A stretch of 61,766 nucleotides of DNA, filler included. It is 3 parts of 3 records of this genome, joined end to end, with 100 filler letters (N's around TTAATTAATTAA, not from the genome) between each part and the next. Parts side by side here need not be neighbours in the genome. Positions count along the whole stretch, not along the records: positions 1 to 20,994 come from DRR723986_3989; 2 more parts are not named here. One strand, 5' to 3'. This document shows, piece after piece, positions 1-9,084 of the stretch; position 1 is the stretch's first letter; each line of letters starts with the position of its first letter. Both the position numbers and the translations under genes were made by a program. A model generated the notes under the pieces. That model ran no database searches and had not been told where the DNA came from. It worked only from the letters and a program-made list of their open reading frames with translations.

Positions 1-515
1 CAATAGGCCGTCTGCGGCCAGAGGCCCGCGGCGATGATGCCATAGGTGACCCACTCCTCATCCGCCAGAACCGCAATGGGATCAAAGCCAAGCGCCTGAA
101 GGGCAATGTTCAAAAGGCCAAAGTTGGGGTCGTAAAACCAAGAGAACACAAGGCCGACGACAACCTGGGAGATCACAAAGGGAAAGAAAAACAGAGACTT
201 GTAGATCCGTATGCCGCGCACTGTCTGGTTCAGGAACAGGGCCACAAACAGACCCGCCGGGATCGCCAGCATATAAAGCACCAGCCAGATCACGTTGTTC
301 TTGAGAGAGGTATAGAACGCGTCGTCATCCATCAGCTCTACATAGTTGGAGAGGCCGACGTATTCTTTCTCGCCCAGCCCGTCCCAGGCATAAAGCGAGA
401 TGCTCATGGACTGAAAAATCGGGATGATGACGTAGATCGCGAACATCGCAATGCCCGGCGCGAGAAACAGCCAGGGTGCCAAACGCTGCTGGTTCTTTTT
501 CCAGTAGGTTTTCAT
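1..515 (-). CDS. Carbohydrate ABC transporter permease (MalF/UgpA-type), runs off the window edge; absent from ORF track
   Basis: Manual translation MKTYWKKNQQRLAPWLFLAPGIAMFAIYVIIPIFQS...YVGLSNY...YKSLFFFPFVISQVVVGLVFSWFYDP; GGGGAGG RBS 5 nt before ATG. Confidence 0.9.
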   Translation of the reverse strand, partial: MKTYWKKNQQRLAPWLFLAPGIAMFAIYVIIPIFQSMSISLYAWDGLGEKEYVGLSNYVELMDDDAFYTSLKNNVIWLVLYMLAIPAGLFVALFLNQTVRGIRIYKSLFFFPFVISQVVVGLVFSWFYDPNFGLLNIALQALGFDPIAVLADEEWVTYGIIAAGLWPQTAY

Positions 516-549
516 GTCATCCTCCCCCAGTGCCGCAGATGGTGCCTGC

Positions 550-573
550 GCTGCCGCCCGTACAGGCGGCAGC
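550..573 (-). other. GC-rich hairpin between binding-protein and permease genes (probable mRNA stabiliser)
   Basis: GCTGCCGCC-CGTACA-GGCGGCAGC perfect 9-bp stem, no U tract. Confidence 0.55.
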
Positions 574-593
574 ACGTTGTTTAGAAGGCGGCC

Positions 594-1832
594 TTATTTG
601 TAGACCCGGCCCCGGACTTTTTCGAGCCGCTCTAGGATCGCGTCCAGACGCTCTGGCTTGACCATGAACTCCTGAAAACCTTCCATGCCCGCTTTGGCCA
701 TTTCGGCTGGCGCGTCGCGGTCAAAGAACTGTGCAATGCCGCCCGTGGTGGAGCTGAGCATTTCGTAACCGGCCTGCAGGAACTTGTCGTCACCCACCGA
801 GGAACCGGAGTTGATCGGCAGCTGGCCCAGTGTATCGTTGATCTGGGTCTGCACATCGGCGCGGGCCAGATACGCGAGGAATTTCTTTGCGTCCTCTTTG
901 TTTTTGGCGTTGGCCGGGATGTGGATCGTGTCGGTTGGCGCTTCTTCGGCCAATGGCACATCGGGGTTGATCACGGGGAACTGGAAAAACCCAAGCTGAT
1001 CGTCCGTCAGGCCCGCTTCGCGCAGGGGTGCAACGGCAAAGTTGCCCATCACATACATTGCAGCGTCACCCTGAACCATCGGCGCCAGGGCCTCCTGCCA
1101 GGAATAGGCGGCGTGGTTTTCGAGGAAGAAACCGGCGTCGATCAGCTCTTTCCAGTTGGCCATGGTGGCGCGGACGCGATCATCGGTCCAGGCCACTTCG
1201 CCCTTGGTCAGGGCCATGTGGAAGTCATAGCCGTTGGTGCGCAGGTTCAGATAGTCAAACACGCCGCCAGCGGTCCAAAGGTATTTGGTGCCGATGGTGA
1301 TCGGTGTGATGCCCGCCGCCGTCAACGTTGCGCCCGCCGCTTTGAATTCGTCCCAGTTGGTGGGCACGGCGATGTTGTTCGCCTCAAACAGGTCTTTGCG
1401 GTAGTAAACGCCCCACTGGTAATAGGTGTAAGGCACGCCCCAGATCTTGCCATCAATGGTCATCGACCCTTTGGCGGAGGCCAGACTTTCGTTCAGCCCA
1501 TGTTCGGCCCAAACATCGTCAACTGGCTCAAACAGGCCGGCGTTCACGTATGGCAACATCCGGTTGCCCGCATACCAGTTTGCCAGATCTGGCGCATCGG
1601 CTGTCAGGAAGTTGCGGATCGAGGTTTTGTAACCCTCGTGATCAAACAAGTTCCACGTCACTTTGACGTCCGGGTTTTCTGCTTCAAAGCCTGCGATCAA
1701 CGCCTCGAACGCGGCCTTTGGCGCGGGGTCCGATGTGTCGGTGTTGATCACCAGCTCACCGGCAAAAACCGATGAGGCAAGCAATGTCGAAGTTGCCACA
1801 GCGGCGGCAAGAGTTTTGGTGCGATGGAACAT
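594..1832 (-). CDS. Sugar ABC transporter substrate-binding protein (family 1)
   Basis: Signal peptide MFHRTKTLAAAVATSTLLASSVFA with GGGAGG RBS; motifs DGKIWGVPY, YYRKDLF, QGDAAMYVMG. Confidence 0.92.
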   Translation of the reverse strand: MFHRTKTLAAAVATSTLLASSVFAGELVINTDTSDPAPKAAFEALIAGFEAENPDVKVTWNLFDHEGYKTSIRNFLTADAPDLANWYAGNRMLPYVNAGLFEPVDDVWAEHGLNESLASAKGSMTIDGKIWGVPYTYYQWGVYYRKDLFEANNIAVPTNWDEFKAAGATLTAAGITPITIGTKYLWTAGGVFDYLNLRTNGYDFHMALTKGEVAWTDDRVRATMANWKELIDAGFFLENHAAYSWQEALAPMVQGDAAMYVMGNFAVAPLREAGLTDDQLGFFQFPVINPDVPLAEEAPTDTIHIPANAKNKEDAKKFLAYLARADVQTQINDTLGQLPINSGSSVGDDKFLQAGYEMLSSTTGGIAQFFDRDAPAEMAKAGMEGFQEFMVKPERLDAILERLEKVRGRVYK

Positions 1833-1986
1833 GGTTTCCTCCCTAAGGTCCCAGGTCTTTCCCTGTTGACGGTCGGTTCCAAATATTGAAACCTTAATCT
1901 CAACTATTGAAAACACTGCGCTGATCGGCTATCCATGTCAACAGTTTCATGGGGTCTTGCCCTTTGAAGCGGGAGGGGAATTTGAC

Positions 1987-2766
1987 GTGAACAAGCCGGT
2001 TCAAAACGACGGAACTGTCGGAAAAGCTTTGGAAATTCTGGACATGGTGGCAGAGATTGGCCGCCCCGTCCGGTTTTCCGAACTGCTGGCGCAAAGCGTT
2101 CATCCCAAAGCCACGCTCTATCGCTTTCTGCAAACACTGACGAATCAACACATGCTGTCTTATGACCCCGAAGACGGGACATATTCGCTTGGCCTGCGCC
2201 TGATGCGGCTGGCTCATACGGCATGGAAGAACGCCTCGCTTGCCCCGATTGCACGGCCTTTTGTCGAAGAGCTGGCGGCGCTGGCGGGTGAAACAGTTCA
2301 CCTTGCGCAGATCGACAACGGTCAGGTTTTGTTCGTTGATAAGCTGGAGGCGACAGACCGTTTCGAAACCCTCGCCGAAGCGGGTAAGGTTGCGCCCGCC
2401 TATTGCACAGGTGTGGGCAAGGCGATGCTAGCCTTTATGGCGCCCAAACGCCTGCAACTGGCGCTGCACCAACAGGCCTATTTCCAATATACCCCCGCCA
2501 CCCATTGCTCCGCCCAGAGCCTCGCCATCGAGCTTGAAGCGATCCGCGAGGCGGGCATCGCCTTTGACCGGCAGGAACATGAACAGGGCATCATCTCAAT
2601 CGCCGCGCCAATATTGACCACCAATGGCCGCGTGATTGGGGCGCTGTCGATTGCCACATCTACAACCCGCCATACGCTTGAAGGATTGGACGCATTCCGT
2701 GCGCCGCTTTTGCAAGCTGCTGAAAACATCGGGGCCGAGGCGACGTCCTGGCAGTTCCCGTCCTAA
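1987..2766 (+). CDS. IclR-family transcriptional regulator
   Basis: TVGKALEILD HTH start, PKATLYRFLQTL, GETVHLA, CTGVGKAMLA, SIAAPI; GTG start after GGGAGG. Confidence 0.93.
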   Translation: MNKPVQNDGTVGKALEILDMVAEIGRPVRFSELLAQSVHPKATLYRFLQTLTNQHMLSYDPEDGTYSLGLRLMRLAHTAWKNASLAPIARPFVEELAALAGETVHLAQIDNGQVLFVDKLEATDRFETLAEAGKVAPAYCTGVGKAMLAFMAPKRLQLALHQQAYFQYTPATHCSAQSLAIELEAIREAGIAFDRQEHEQGIISIAAPILTTNGRVIGALSIATSTTRHTLEGLDAFRAPLLQAAENIGAEATSWQFPS

Positions 2767-2787
2767 CAACCGCGAAGGAATACTGAA

Positions 2788-3849
2788 ATGTCCGGTGTTA
2801 CACTTACCAAGGCCGTCAAAAAGTATGGCGATGTTCAGGTCATCCATGGTGTCGATCTTGAGATCAACGAAGGTGAGTTCTGCGTCTTTGTTGGCCCCTC
2901 GGGATGTGGCAAATCCACTTTGCTGCGGATGATTGCGGGATTGGAGGAAACCACGGATGGCCAGATCCATATTGGTGGCCGCGATGTGACCCATGATGAT
3001 CCTTCCGACCGGGGCATCGCGATGGTGTTCCAGACCTATGCGCTTTACCCCCATATGACGGTGAAGGAGAATATGGGCTTTGGCCTTAAGATGAACAACG
3101 TTCCCAAGGCCGAGATCGAAAAGAAGGTTGCCGAAGCCAGCCGGATTTTGCAGCTGGATGATTATCTGGGCCGCAAGCCCAAGGCCCTGTCCGGTGGCCA
3201 GCGCCAGCGGGTTGCCATTGGCCGCGCCATTGTGCGCGGACCCGAAGTGTTCCTGTTCGACGAACCCCTGTCCAACCTTGATGCCGAATTGCGCGTTGAT
3301 ATGCGCGTTGAGATCAGCCGCCTACACAACAAGATCGGCGCAACGATGATCTATGTGACCCATGATCAGGTTGAGGCGATGACACTTGCCGACAAGATTG
3401 TTGTGCTGCGGGCCGGGCGCATTGAACAGGTCGGCAGCCCGATGGAACTGTATCAGAACCCGGACAACAAGTTCGTCGCGGGGTTCATCGGATCGCCCAG
3501 CATGAATTTTGTGAACGGTATCGTCGAGGACGGCAAAGTGCGCATTCCTGCGCTGAACGATGCGGTGATCGCTGCGTCGGTGGCCTTGCCAGCGGAGGGC
3601 AGCAACATCACCGTGGGCCTGCGCCCGCAGGATCTGTCGATCAGGCCGGCCAGCTCCCCGATCACGGTGGATATATCAGAGCAACTGGGCGGGGTGGCCT
3701 ATGATTATCTCAACACCCCGACATCAGAGCGGATCGTGGTCGAGACAAAGGGGGATGAACTGATCAAATCGGGCACCTCAGTCGAGGTGGTTCTTGACCC
3801 GGACACGGCCTATTTCTTTGACGCCAAAACCGAGGCGCGGCTGCGTTAA
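2788..3849 (+). CDS. Sugar ABC transporter ATP-binding protein (MalK/UgpC-type)
   Basis: Walker A GPSGCGKST, LSGGQRQRVA, FLFDEPLSNLDA, YVTHDQVEAMT. Confidence 0.95.
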   Translation: MSGVTLTKAVKKYGDVQVIHGVDLEINEGEFCVFVGPSGCGKSTLLRMIAGLEETTDGQIHIGGRDVTHDDPSDRGIAMVFQTYALYPHMTVKENMGFGLKMNNVPKAEIEKKVAEASRILQLDDYLGRKPKALSGGQRQRVAIGRAIVRGPEVFLFDEPLSNLDAELRVDMRVEISRLHNKIGATMIYVTHDQVEAMTLADKIVVLRAGRIEQVGSPMELYQNPDNKFVAGFIGSPSMNFVNGIVEDGKVRIPALNDAVIAASVALPAEGSNITVGLRPQDLSIRPASSPITVDISEQLGGVAYDYLNTPTSERIVVETKGDELIKSGTSVEVVLDPDTAYFFDAKTEARLR

Positions 3850-3851
3850 CG

Positions 3852-5090
3852 TCAGATTGCCGGGTCTACCCGATCCATAAAGGCACGGAAGCTATCCAGA
3901 TGGTCTGGATCTTCCAGCTGATTGGGCAGCTGCGCAAAGATCACCCGCATATGGCGGGCGCAAAGGGGATCGTCGTGGATATATTTCCACGGCACGCCAA
4001 AGCTGGCCTCCAGAAGATCGCCAAAAACCAGTGCTTTGGTTTTCACCGGTCCGTCCTGTAGGGCGCGCAACCCGCCTTTGTGATTGGCGGCTGCGACACA
4101 GGCCGAGTGCAGCCAGTTCAAACAGTTGATCGCGGTGAACGGGTCATTGACCCCCGGTGACATGGCGCGGGCAATCATCTCGACCAGCTGATCAACAATG
4201 AACATCAGGTTTTGACTTTCTGTCGGGCTGTGGCCAAGCGCGAAACAGGAGGTCAATTCCTCCTGTGCCTCATCGGGAACCTGAGGCCCCCAGATCCGCA
4301 AAACCACGGTATCTTCGGTCACAAATTCGCCAACCGGCAGGGGCACGTCAATGAACAGGTCATGATCCTGCGCCAGATTGCGCAGCTGTTCCTTGTTCAT
4401 CGTTTGAATATAGCCGGATTGCCCCAAGGTGACGGTCATGGCCGGATCACTGGTGGGCTGGATCGGTGTGGTTGAAGGGTCGCGGTCCGATTGCGTGTCG
4501 ATCAAGGTTTTGATGTCCCTGACCAGCCGTTTTCCCAAACCCGCGGTGATGTTGGAGACATTGATCGTTTCGGGAATGTGGTGCACGAAATAGACAACCG
4601 TAAAGACCGACACGAAGGTCAGCCCAAGTGCGATCAGGATCGACAGATAGGGCACAAACAGGGCGGTGGACAGATCCGCATCCGCGCCCGTCGGACTTTG
4701 GATCGCGCGGGTGATCAGCAAGGCATAAACAAAGGTCGCGACGAGAATGCCCAGGCTCCATTGATTGCCGCGGTCCCGCATGAAATTGCCAATCAGCCGC
4801 GGCCCAAAATTGCCCGAGGCAAAGGACACCGCCACGATGGTCATTGAGAACATCACCCCGGCGACCCCAAAAACCGATTGTGAGATAATTGACATCAAGG
4901 AACGCGCGCCGTCCACTTGGGTGTCGCGCAAACCCTTAGGCAGATCGAAGGGCAGGAAATCGGGGTGCTGGTCCAGATACAAGGTGCCCTGTGCCAGCAA
5001 TGCGGCAAGACACACCAGCGATCCCGGCAAGAACCAATAGCTGGCGCGGACGTCTTGGATCAGCTTGGATACAAGGGCGCGTTTGCTCAT
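3852..5090 (-). CDS. DUF2254-type membrane protein
   Basis: SYWFLP start, SFASGNFGPRLIGNFMRD, QLVEMIARAMSPGVNDPFTAINCL; start reassigned to MSKRALV. Confidence 0.82.
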   Translation of the reverse strand: MSKRALVSKLIQDVRASYWFLPGSLVCLAALLAQGTLYLDQHPDFLPFDLPKGLRDTQVDGARSLMSIISQSVFGVAGVMFSMTIVAVSFASGNFGPRLIGNFMRDRGNQWSLGILVATFVYALLITRAIQSPTGADADLSTALFVPYLSILIALGLTFVSVFTVVYFVHHIPETINVSNITAGLGKRLVRDIKTLIDTQSDRDPSTTPIQPTSDPAMTVTLGQSGYIQTMNKEQLRNLAQDHDLFIDVPLPVGEFVTEDTVVLRIWGPQVPDEAQEELTSCFALGHSPTESQNLMFIVDQLVEMIARAMSPGVNDPFTAINCLNWLHSACVAAANHKGGLRALQDGPVKTKALVFGDLLEASFGVPWKYIHDDPLCARHMRVIFAQLPNQLEDPDHLDSFRAFMDRVDPAI

Positions 5091-5159
5091 TTGAGGCCGC
5101 AACACTGGTAAGGTTCGGGGGCCATATGCGGGTCTTTCCTTGATCAGCCTGCGCGGATT

Positions 5160-5185
5160 AACGCACGATTGACCCGTCTGGTTCC
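5160..5185 (-). promoter_or_regulatory. EcfG-type promoter for DUF2254 gene
   Basis: GGAAC-cagacgggtcaatcgtg(17)-CGTT on minus strand. Confidence 0.8.
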
Positions 5186-5193
5186 GTGCCATG

Positions 5194-5922
5194 TCACAAA
5201 ATTGGTCGTGCCGGCAGTTTTTCGGTGTCTGTTTCGGCAATATCGGCCAGCGCTTCGAGATTGTTGACCTGCAATGCGCCGTCCGACCAAGACGCCAGTT
5301 GCCGGTCGCGCAACACCGCCAGCGTTTTGTTGGTGTGCACAAGCGAAAGCCCCAGCGCATCGGCCAAATCCTGTTGCCGGAAGGGCAGGGGCATCACGCC
5401 GTTGCGCAGCAAACCCAGCGCACGCCCCCGCAGGTAGACGCGCACCAGCGCCCATGCGATGGCTTGGATTGCGCTGCGCTGCCCGACGGACGACAGCGCC
5501 TCGCCCAGAAAATGTTCCTCGCTTGCGGCCAGCCATGTCAGATCGAACGCCCGTTCGGGGTGGAATTTAAACAGGTTCCAGATGCCTGACCGGTCAAACA
5601 CACACAGTGTCATCTGGGTGGTTGCCTCAACCGAATGCCCCATCTCGCCCATGATCCCTGCCTGCATCCCGATAAAATCGCCCGGAAAAACAAAGCTCAG
5701 CACCTGACGGCGACCATTTTGCAGGGTGTTGTATCTTATGCCCATGCCCCTCAGCGCAGTGAACAATTGCGGGCTGTTGGACCCCTCCATCAAGATGGGC
5801 GCGCCCGGATCAACGACAAGTTCGCCAACCTTGAACTTTTGCATAAAGCGGACCTCATCCGGTGACAGGTCTTGAAAAAGCGGTTTTTGACGTAGCGGGC
5901 AATTCTCGCACTTCTGGGCCAT
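5194..5922 (-). CDS. Crp/Fnr-family transcriptional regulator
   Basis: cNMP-binding motif GRRQVLSFVFPGDFIG; HTH QQDLADALGLSLVHTNKTL; N-terminal CENC. Confidence 0.92.
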   Translation of the reverse strand: MAQKCENCPLRQKPLFQDLSPDEVRFMQKFKVGELVVDPGAPILMEGSNSPQLFTALRGMGIRYNTLQNGRRQVLSFVFPGDFIGMQAGIMGEMGHSVEATTQMTLCVFDRSGIWNLFKFHPERAFDLTWLAASEEHFLGEALSSVGQRSAIQAIAWALVRVYLRGRALGLLRNGVMPLPFRQQDLADALGLSLVHTNKTLAVLRDRQLASWSDGALQVNNLEALADIAETDTEKLPARPIL

Positions 5923-6003
5923 TTAATGTCTGCTCCTATGTCATAGTTTAATGCAGGGTATTTTTGCGGCGGTATGCTGGTGCTTCACTTTGGGGAAATG
6001 CAC

Positions 6004-6360
6004 ATGCGCGGAAAAGTTGTCATCGTTCTGGATGATGTCGTCGTAGCGCTGGATCTTGCACAAACGTTGCTGGATCTCGACCCCAGTGCGGATGTGGTCA
6101 CCTTTCGGTCTGCGGCAGACGCCAGAGAGGCGATGAAAGGCGGCCGCAAGGCCTCTTTGATAATCTGGCAGCCAAGGTCCGATCCACCGGAGGGCGATGG
6201 CGCCGCTTTGGTTCAATGTGACCTCGCGGAGCGCAGCATATTGTTAAGTGATGCTGCGGAGGCTGTTTATGATGCTGCGCCGCATATTGTGGTGTTGCCG
6301 CGCCCTTTTTCCGCGGAAATGGTGGAAAAGGCCGTTTCGCGCCTCAGCGCCGATCACTAG
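6004..6360 (+). CDS. Atypical single-domain response-regulator receiver
   Basis: VIVLDDVVVALDLAQTL and LPRPFS resemble receiver beta1 and KPF motifs; no Asp at the expected phospho-acceptor position. Confidence 0.6.
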   Translation: MRGKVVIVLDDVVVALDLAQTLLDLDPSADVVTFRSAADAREAMKGGRKASLIIWQPRSDPPEGDGAALVQCDLAERSILLSDAAEAVYDAAPHIVVLPRPFSAEMVEKAVSRLSADH

Positions 6361-6685
6361 AAGCGCCGGCTTGCAAGCCAAACAGGAAGGCCTGCAAAAG
6401 CGGTGGCGCATCAGAGGAGGCCGGAGCCGCCTTGGGATCAGGTTCTGTCGCGCGATGTTGTTCCGGCTCCTCTGATCCGGCCAGTCCAACCAAAAGCAAA
6501 CCGATGCCCGCATAGACCGCGCCGATCACAGAGGCCGCGATCAGCGTGTCATAGGCGGCTGCCAGAAAAATCCAGGCAGCGCCGGTCAGGAAACCGGCCC
6601 CGACCAAAATGCACAGGGCGCCCGCGCTGACCATCCCGGCCTTGCGCGCGGCCCGTGTCGCGGATTGTTTGACCTTGCTCATCAT
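6344..6685 (-). CDS. Small two-TM membrane protein (YqjE/phage-holin-like family)
   Basis: Two hydrophobic helices; immediately downstream of DUF883 gene as in yqjDE-type pairs. Confidence 0.65.
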   Translation of the reverse strand: MMSKVKQSATRAARKAGMVSAGALCILVGAGFLTGAAWIFLAAAYDTLIAASVIGAVYAGIGLLLVGLAGSEEPEQHRATEPDPKAAPASSDAPPLLQAFLFGLQAGASSDRR

Positions 6686-6686
6686 A

Positions 6687-7016
6687 TTAGCGGCGCGTGC
6701 TCATCAAACCGACCAGAAAGCCAACCCCAGCGGCGATACCCAGCGCAGTGGCCGGTTGCGATTTTACAAAATCGTTGGCTTGTCCCTGCACGTCGCGGGC
6801 ATGGCTGCCCAGCATATCTGCGGTTTCAATGCCTTTTTGGCGGGCGGTTTCAACCTGCTGTGCAGCGGCATCGGCAAGCTGGGCTTTCTTGGCTTTTCCC
6901 ATGTCGGCCATAGTGGTTGTCAGATCGCTCAGATCCTTGCGCAGGGTTTCGATCTGATCTGTCAGGTCTTGGACAGAAACGTCCTTTGTGGAACCGTTGG
7001 TGCTGGCACGTGCCAT
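6687..7016 (-). CDS. ElaB/YqjD/DUF883-family tail-anchored protein
   Basis: Coiled N-terminus and C-terminal FVKSQPATALGIAAGVGFLVGLMSTRR; AAGGAG RBS. Confidence 0.88.
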   Translation of the reverse strand: MARASTNGSTKDVSVQDLTDQIETLRKDLSDLTTTMADMGKAKKAQLADAAAQQVETARQKGIETADMLGSHARDVQGQANDFVKSQPATALGIAAGVGFLVGLMSTRR

Positions 7017-7058
7017 GATGTCACTCCTTATCAATTGGTTATTCGTCTCTGACTAACA

Positions 7059-7083
7059 AACAGATGGCTGGGCAAAAGGTTCC
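7059..7083 (-). promoter_or_regulatory. EcfG-type promoter for DUF883 operon
   Basis: GGAAC-N16-TGTT on minus strand. Confidence 0.65.
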
Positions 7084-7107
7084 AAAAAACATTGACCAAG
7101 ATTCTTT

Positions 7108-7133
7108 GGAACTTGTCCAAGGGGCCGCCCGTT
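7108..7133 (+). promoter_or_regulatory. EcfG-type promoter for DUF1328 gene
   Basis: GGAAC-ttgtccaaggggccgcc(17)-CGTT. Confidence 0.8.
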
Positions 7134-7190
7134 GGTGTCTCAGATCAGCGCCCTTTTGCGGCGCACCAACACATACGAAAGGACCATGAC

Positions 7191-7361
7191 ATGCTTTCTT
7201 GGGCAGTTATATTTTTTGTGGTCGCCATCATCGCGGCCATCTTTGGATTTGGCGGAATTGCAAGCGCATCGGCAGGCATCGCGCAAATCCTGTTCCTGAT
7301 CTTTCTGGCGCTTTTTGCCGCGACTATGATCGCGCGGGCCTTCAAGGACTCTTCGGGATAG
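7191..7361 (+). CDS. DUF1328 (UPF0391/YtjA-like) small membrane protein, 56 aa
   Basis: [39 protein letters not shown] signature; AAGGA RBS. Confidence 0.92.
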   Translation: MLSWAVIFFVVAIIAAIFGFGGIASASAGIAQILFLIFLALFAATMIARAFKDSSG

Positions 7362-7394
7362 GGCTTGATCGATCCAGAGGATGAGCTCAAAAAC

Positions 7395-7430
7395 GAAAAA
7401 CCCCGCCTGAATGACAGGCGGGGCTTTCTT
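7395..7430. terminator. Bidirectional rho-independent terminator between convergent DUF1328 and phyR
   Basis: AAAAA-CCCCGCCTG-AATGA-CAGGCGGGG-CTTTCTT. Confidence 0.8.
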
Positions 7431-7448
7431 GTTGCGCAGGCAACCAGA

Positions 7449-8261
7449 TCAGCGCTTGAGCGTTTCGGTAGAGGCAAAGAACATGGCCTGGCTGACCGCG
7501 GACTGCACCTGATCTTCTTTGTAGGGCTTGGCGATCAGAAACGCAGGTTCTGGCCGGTCGCCGGTCAAAAGCCGCTCCGGGAAGGCAGTGATAAAGATCA
7601 CAGGCGTATCGCCCAACTCGGCCAGCAGATCATTAACCGCATCAATGCCGGAGGAATTGTCGGCCAGCTGAATATCAGCAAGGATCAAATCAGGCTTGTC
7701 GCCCTTGCCCTTGGCAACCGCATCCGCGCGGGTGCGGCCCACGCCGGTGACGGTGTGCCCAAGATCGCTGACAATTGCGCTCAGGTCGGCGGCGATGATC
7801 GGTTCGTCCTCGATAATCAGGATACGGCCGGACACGCTGTTTTCCATGTCGGAGCGGGCGGTTGCAATCAAATGCTGCGCCTCTTCATCGCTGACGGTCA
7901 TGATCGCGGCGACATGTGGGATCGTGAACTCTTCGACTGTGGACAACAGCAAAGCCTCACGTGTGTTGGGCGCAAGGGACGCCAGATGTGCCTGTGCCTT
8001 GCCAAGTGCCCCCGCACCATCTTCGACCACCGGTGCGCCGGAACTGGACCAGATGGCGTGAAAACATTTGAACAGACCAACTTTGGTTGTCGTATCGCCC
8101 TGAATGATGGAACGGTCTTCCAAAATCGCCTCAAGCGTGGCGATTGCATAATTGTCCCCACTGGTCTGAGACCCCGTCAGCGCCCGCGCATAGCGGCGCA
8201 GGTAAGGAAGTTCCCGTGCGATCTGATCAGAAAGGTCCACAGTGTCTTGTGTATCGGACAT
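7449..8261 (-). CDS. phyR: Anti-anti-sigma response regulator PhyR
   Basis: Sigma-like N-terminus LPYLRRYARALTGSQTSGD plus receiver ILIIEDEPIIA...LILADIQLADNSSGIDAV...FITAFPERLLTGDRPEPAFLIAKPY. Confidence 0.96.
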   Translation of the reverse strand: MSDTQDTVDLSDQIARELPYLRRYARALTGSQTSGDNYAIATLEAILEDRSIIQGDTTTKVGLFKCFHAIWSSSGAPVVEDGAGALGKAQAHLASLAPNTREALLLSTVEEFTIPHVAAIMTVSDEEAQHLIATARSDMENSVSGRILIIEDEPIIAADLSAIVSDLGHTVTGVGRTRADAVAKGKGDKPDLILADIQLADNSSGIDAVNDLLAELGDTPVIFITAFPERLLTGDRPEPAFLIAKPYKEDQVQSAVSQAMFFASTETLKR

Positions 8262-8290
8262 TCTTTTTTGCCTTTTTTTCAATTTGTTTC

Positions 8291-8316
8291 GGAACCAAAC
8301 GCGGCGATGATGCGTT
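8291..8316 (+). promoter_or_regulatory. EcfG promoter for nepR-ecfG-kinase
   Basis: GGAAC-caaacgcggcgatgatg(17)-CGTT. Confidence 0.85.
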
Positions 8317-8323
8317 CGGTTCC
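8298..8323 (-). promoter_or_regulatory. EcfG promoter for phyR
   Basis: GGAAC-cgaacgcatcatcgccg(17)-CGTT on minus strand, overlapping the nepR promoter. Confidence 0.85.
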
Positions 8324-8365
8324 GTTGGGTGATGAGTTTTTTCGAAAAAAAGAGACCGAGAAGCA

Positions 8366-8530
8366 ATGACAGATAACAAATCAAAAGACGATGAGCGCAT
8401 AGCAGACTTGATCGATCAGAACCTCAAGATGGTCTATTCCGACCTCGTGCAGGAACAGCTTCCTGATCGGTTCAAGGATCTGCTTGATGTTCTCAAAGCG
8501 CAGGATGCTGAGCAGAAGGGCAACAGTTAA
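8366..8530 (+). CDS. nepR: Anti-sigma factor NepR (54 aa; absent from ORF track)
   Basis: Manual translation MTDNKSKDDERIADLIDQNLKMVYSDLVQEQLPDRFKDLLDVLKAQDAEQKGNS; stop TAA overlaps ecfG ATG. Confidence 0.93.
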   Translation: MTDNKSKDDERIADLIDQNLKMVYSDLVQEQLPDRFKDLLDVLKAQDAEQKGNS

Positions 8531-9084
8531 TGTCCGAGGATCCAAGAAATGAGTTGGTCGAGCATTTGCCGGCCCTGCGTGCCTTTGCGTTGAGTTTGAC
8601 ACGCAACGGGGCGACCGCTGATGATATGGTGCAAGATACCGTCGTCAAAGCCTGGACCAATATTGATAAATTCAAGCCCGGCACCAAGATGCGCGCCTGG
8701 TTGTTCACCATTCTGCGCAACACTTATTATTCCAGCCGCCGCAAGCTGAACCGCGAGGTTGCGGATGTCGACGGTGTGTTCACAGCGACCCTATCGGTCA
8801 AACCGGAACACGATGGCCGGATGCAGCTGAGCGATTTTAAAGAAGCGTTTGAAATGCTGCCCGATGAACAACGCGAGGCGCTGATCCTGGTGGGGGCATC
8901 CGGGTTTTCCTATGAGGAAGCCGCCGACATGTGCGGTGTGGCTGTCGGCACCGTCAAGAGCCGGGCAAACCGTGGCCGTGCCAAACTGACGGAACTTTTG
9001 CATCTGGACGAAGAGGGCCCGATGGAGCTGACTGACCGCGCCACTATGGCCGTGATTTCCGGCGCAGGTACTGTTCCGCAGTGA
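8530..9084 (+). CDS. ecfG: ECF15 general stress sigma factor EcfG
   Basis: LRAFALSL...ADDMVQDT...AWLFTILRN; QREALILVGASGFSYEEAA...GTVKSRANRGR; synteny with nepR/phyR. Confidence 0.95.
   Translation: MSEDPRNELVEHLPALRAFALSLTRNGATADDMVQDTVVKAWTNIDKFKPGTKMRAWLFTILRNTYYSSRRKLNREVADVDGVFTATLSVKPEHDGRMQLSDFKEAFEMLPDEQREALILVGASGFSYEEAADMCGVAVGTVKSRANRGRAKLTELLHLDEEGPMELTDRATMAVISGAGTVPQ

Noticed and set aside
7365-8369. Long antisense ORFs (also 921-1775, 13339-14310, 15128-16192, 16899-17807, 28341-29510, 31049-31936, 46191-47081)
   Set aside because: Shadow frames opposite well-supported genes or IS remnants in GC-rich DNA, without motifs.
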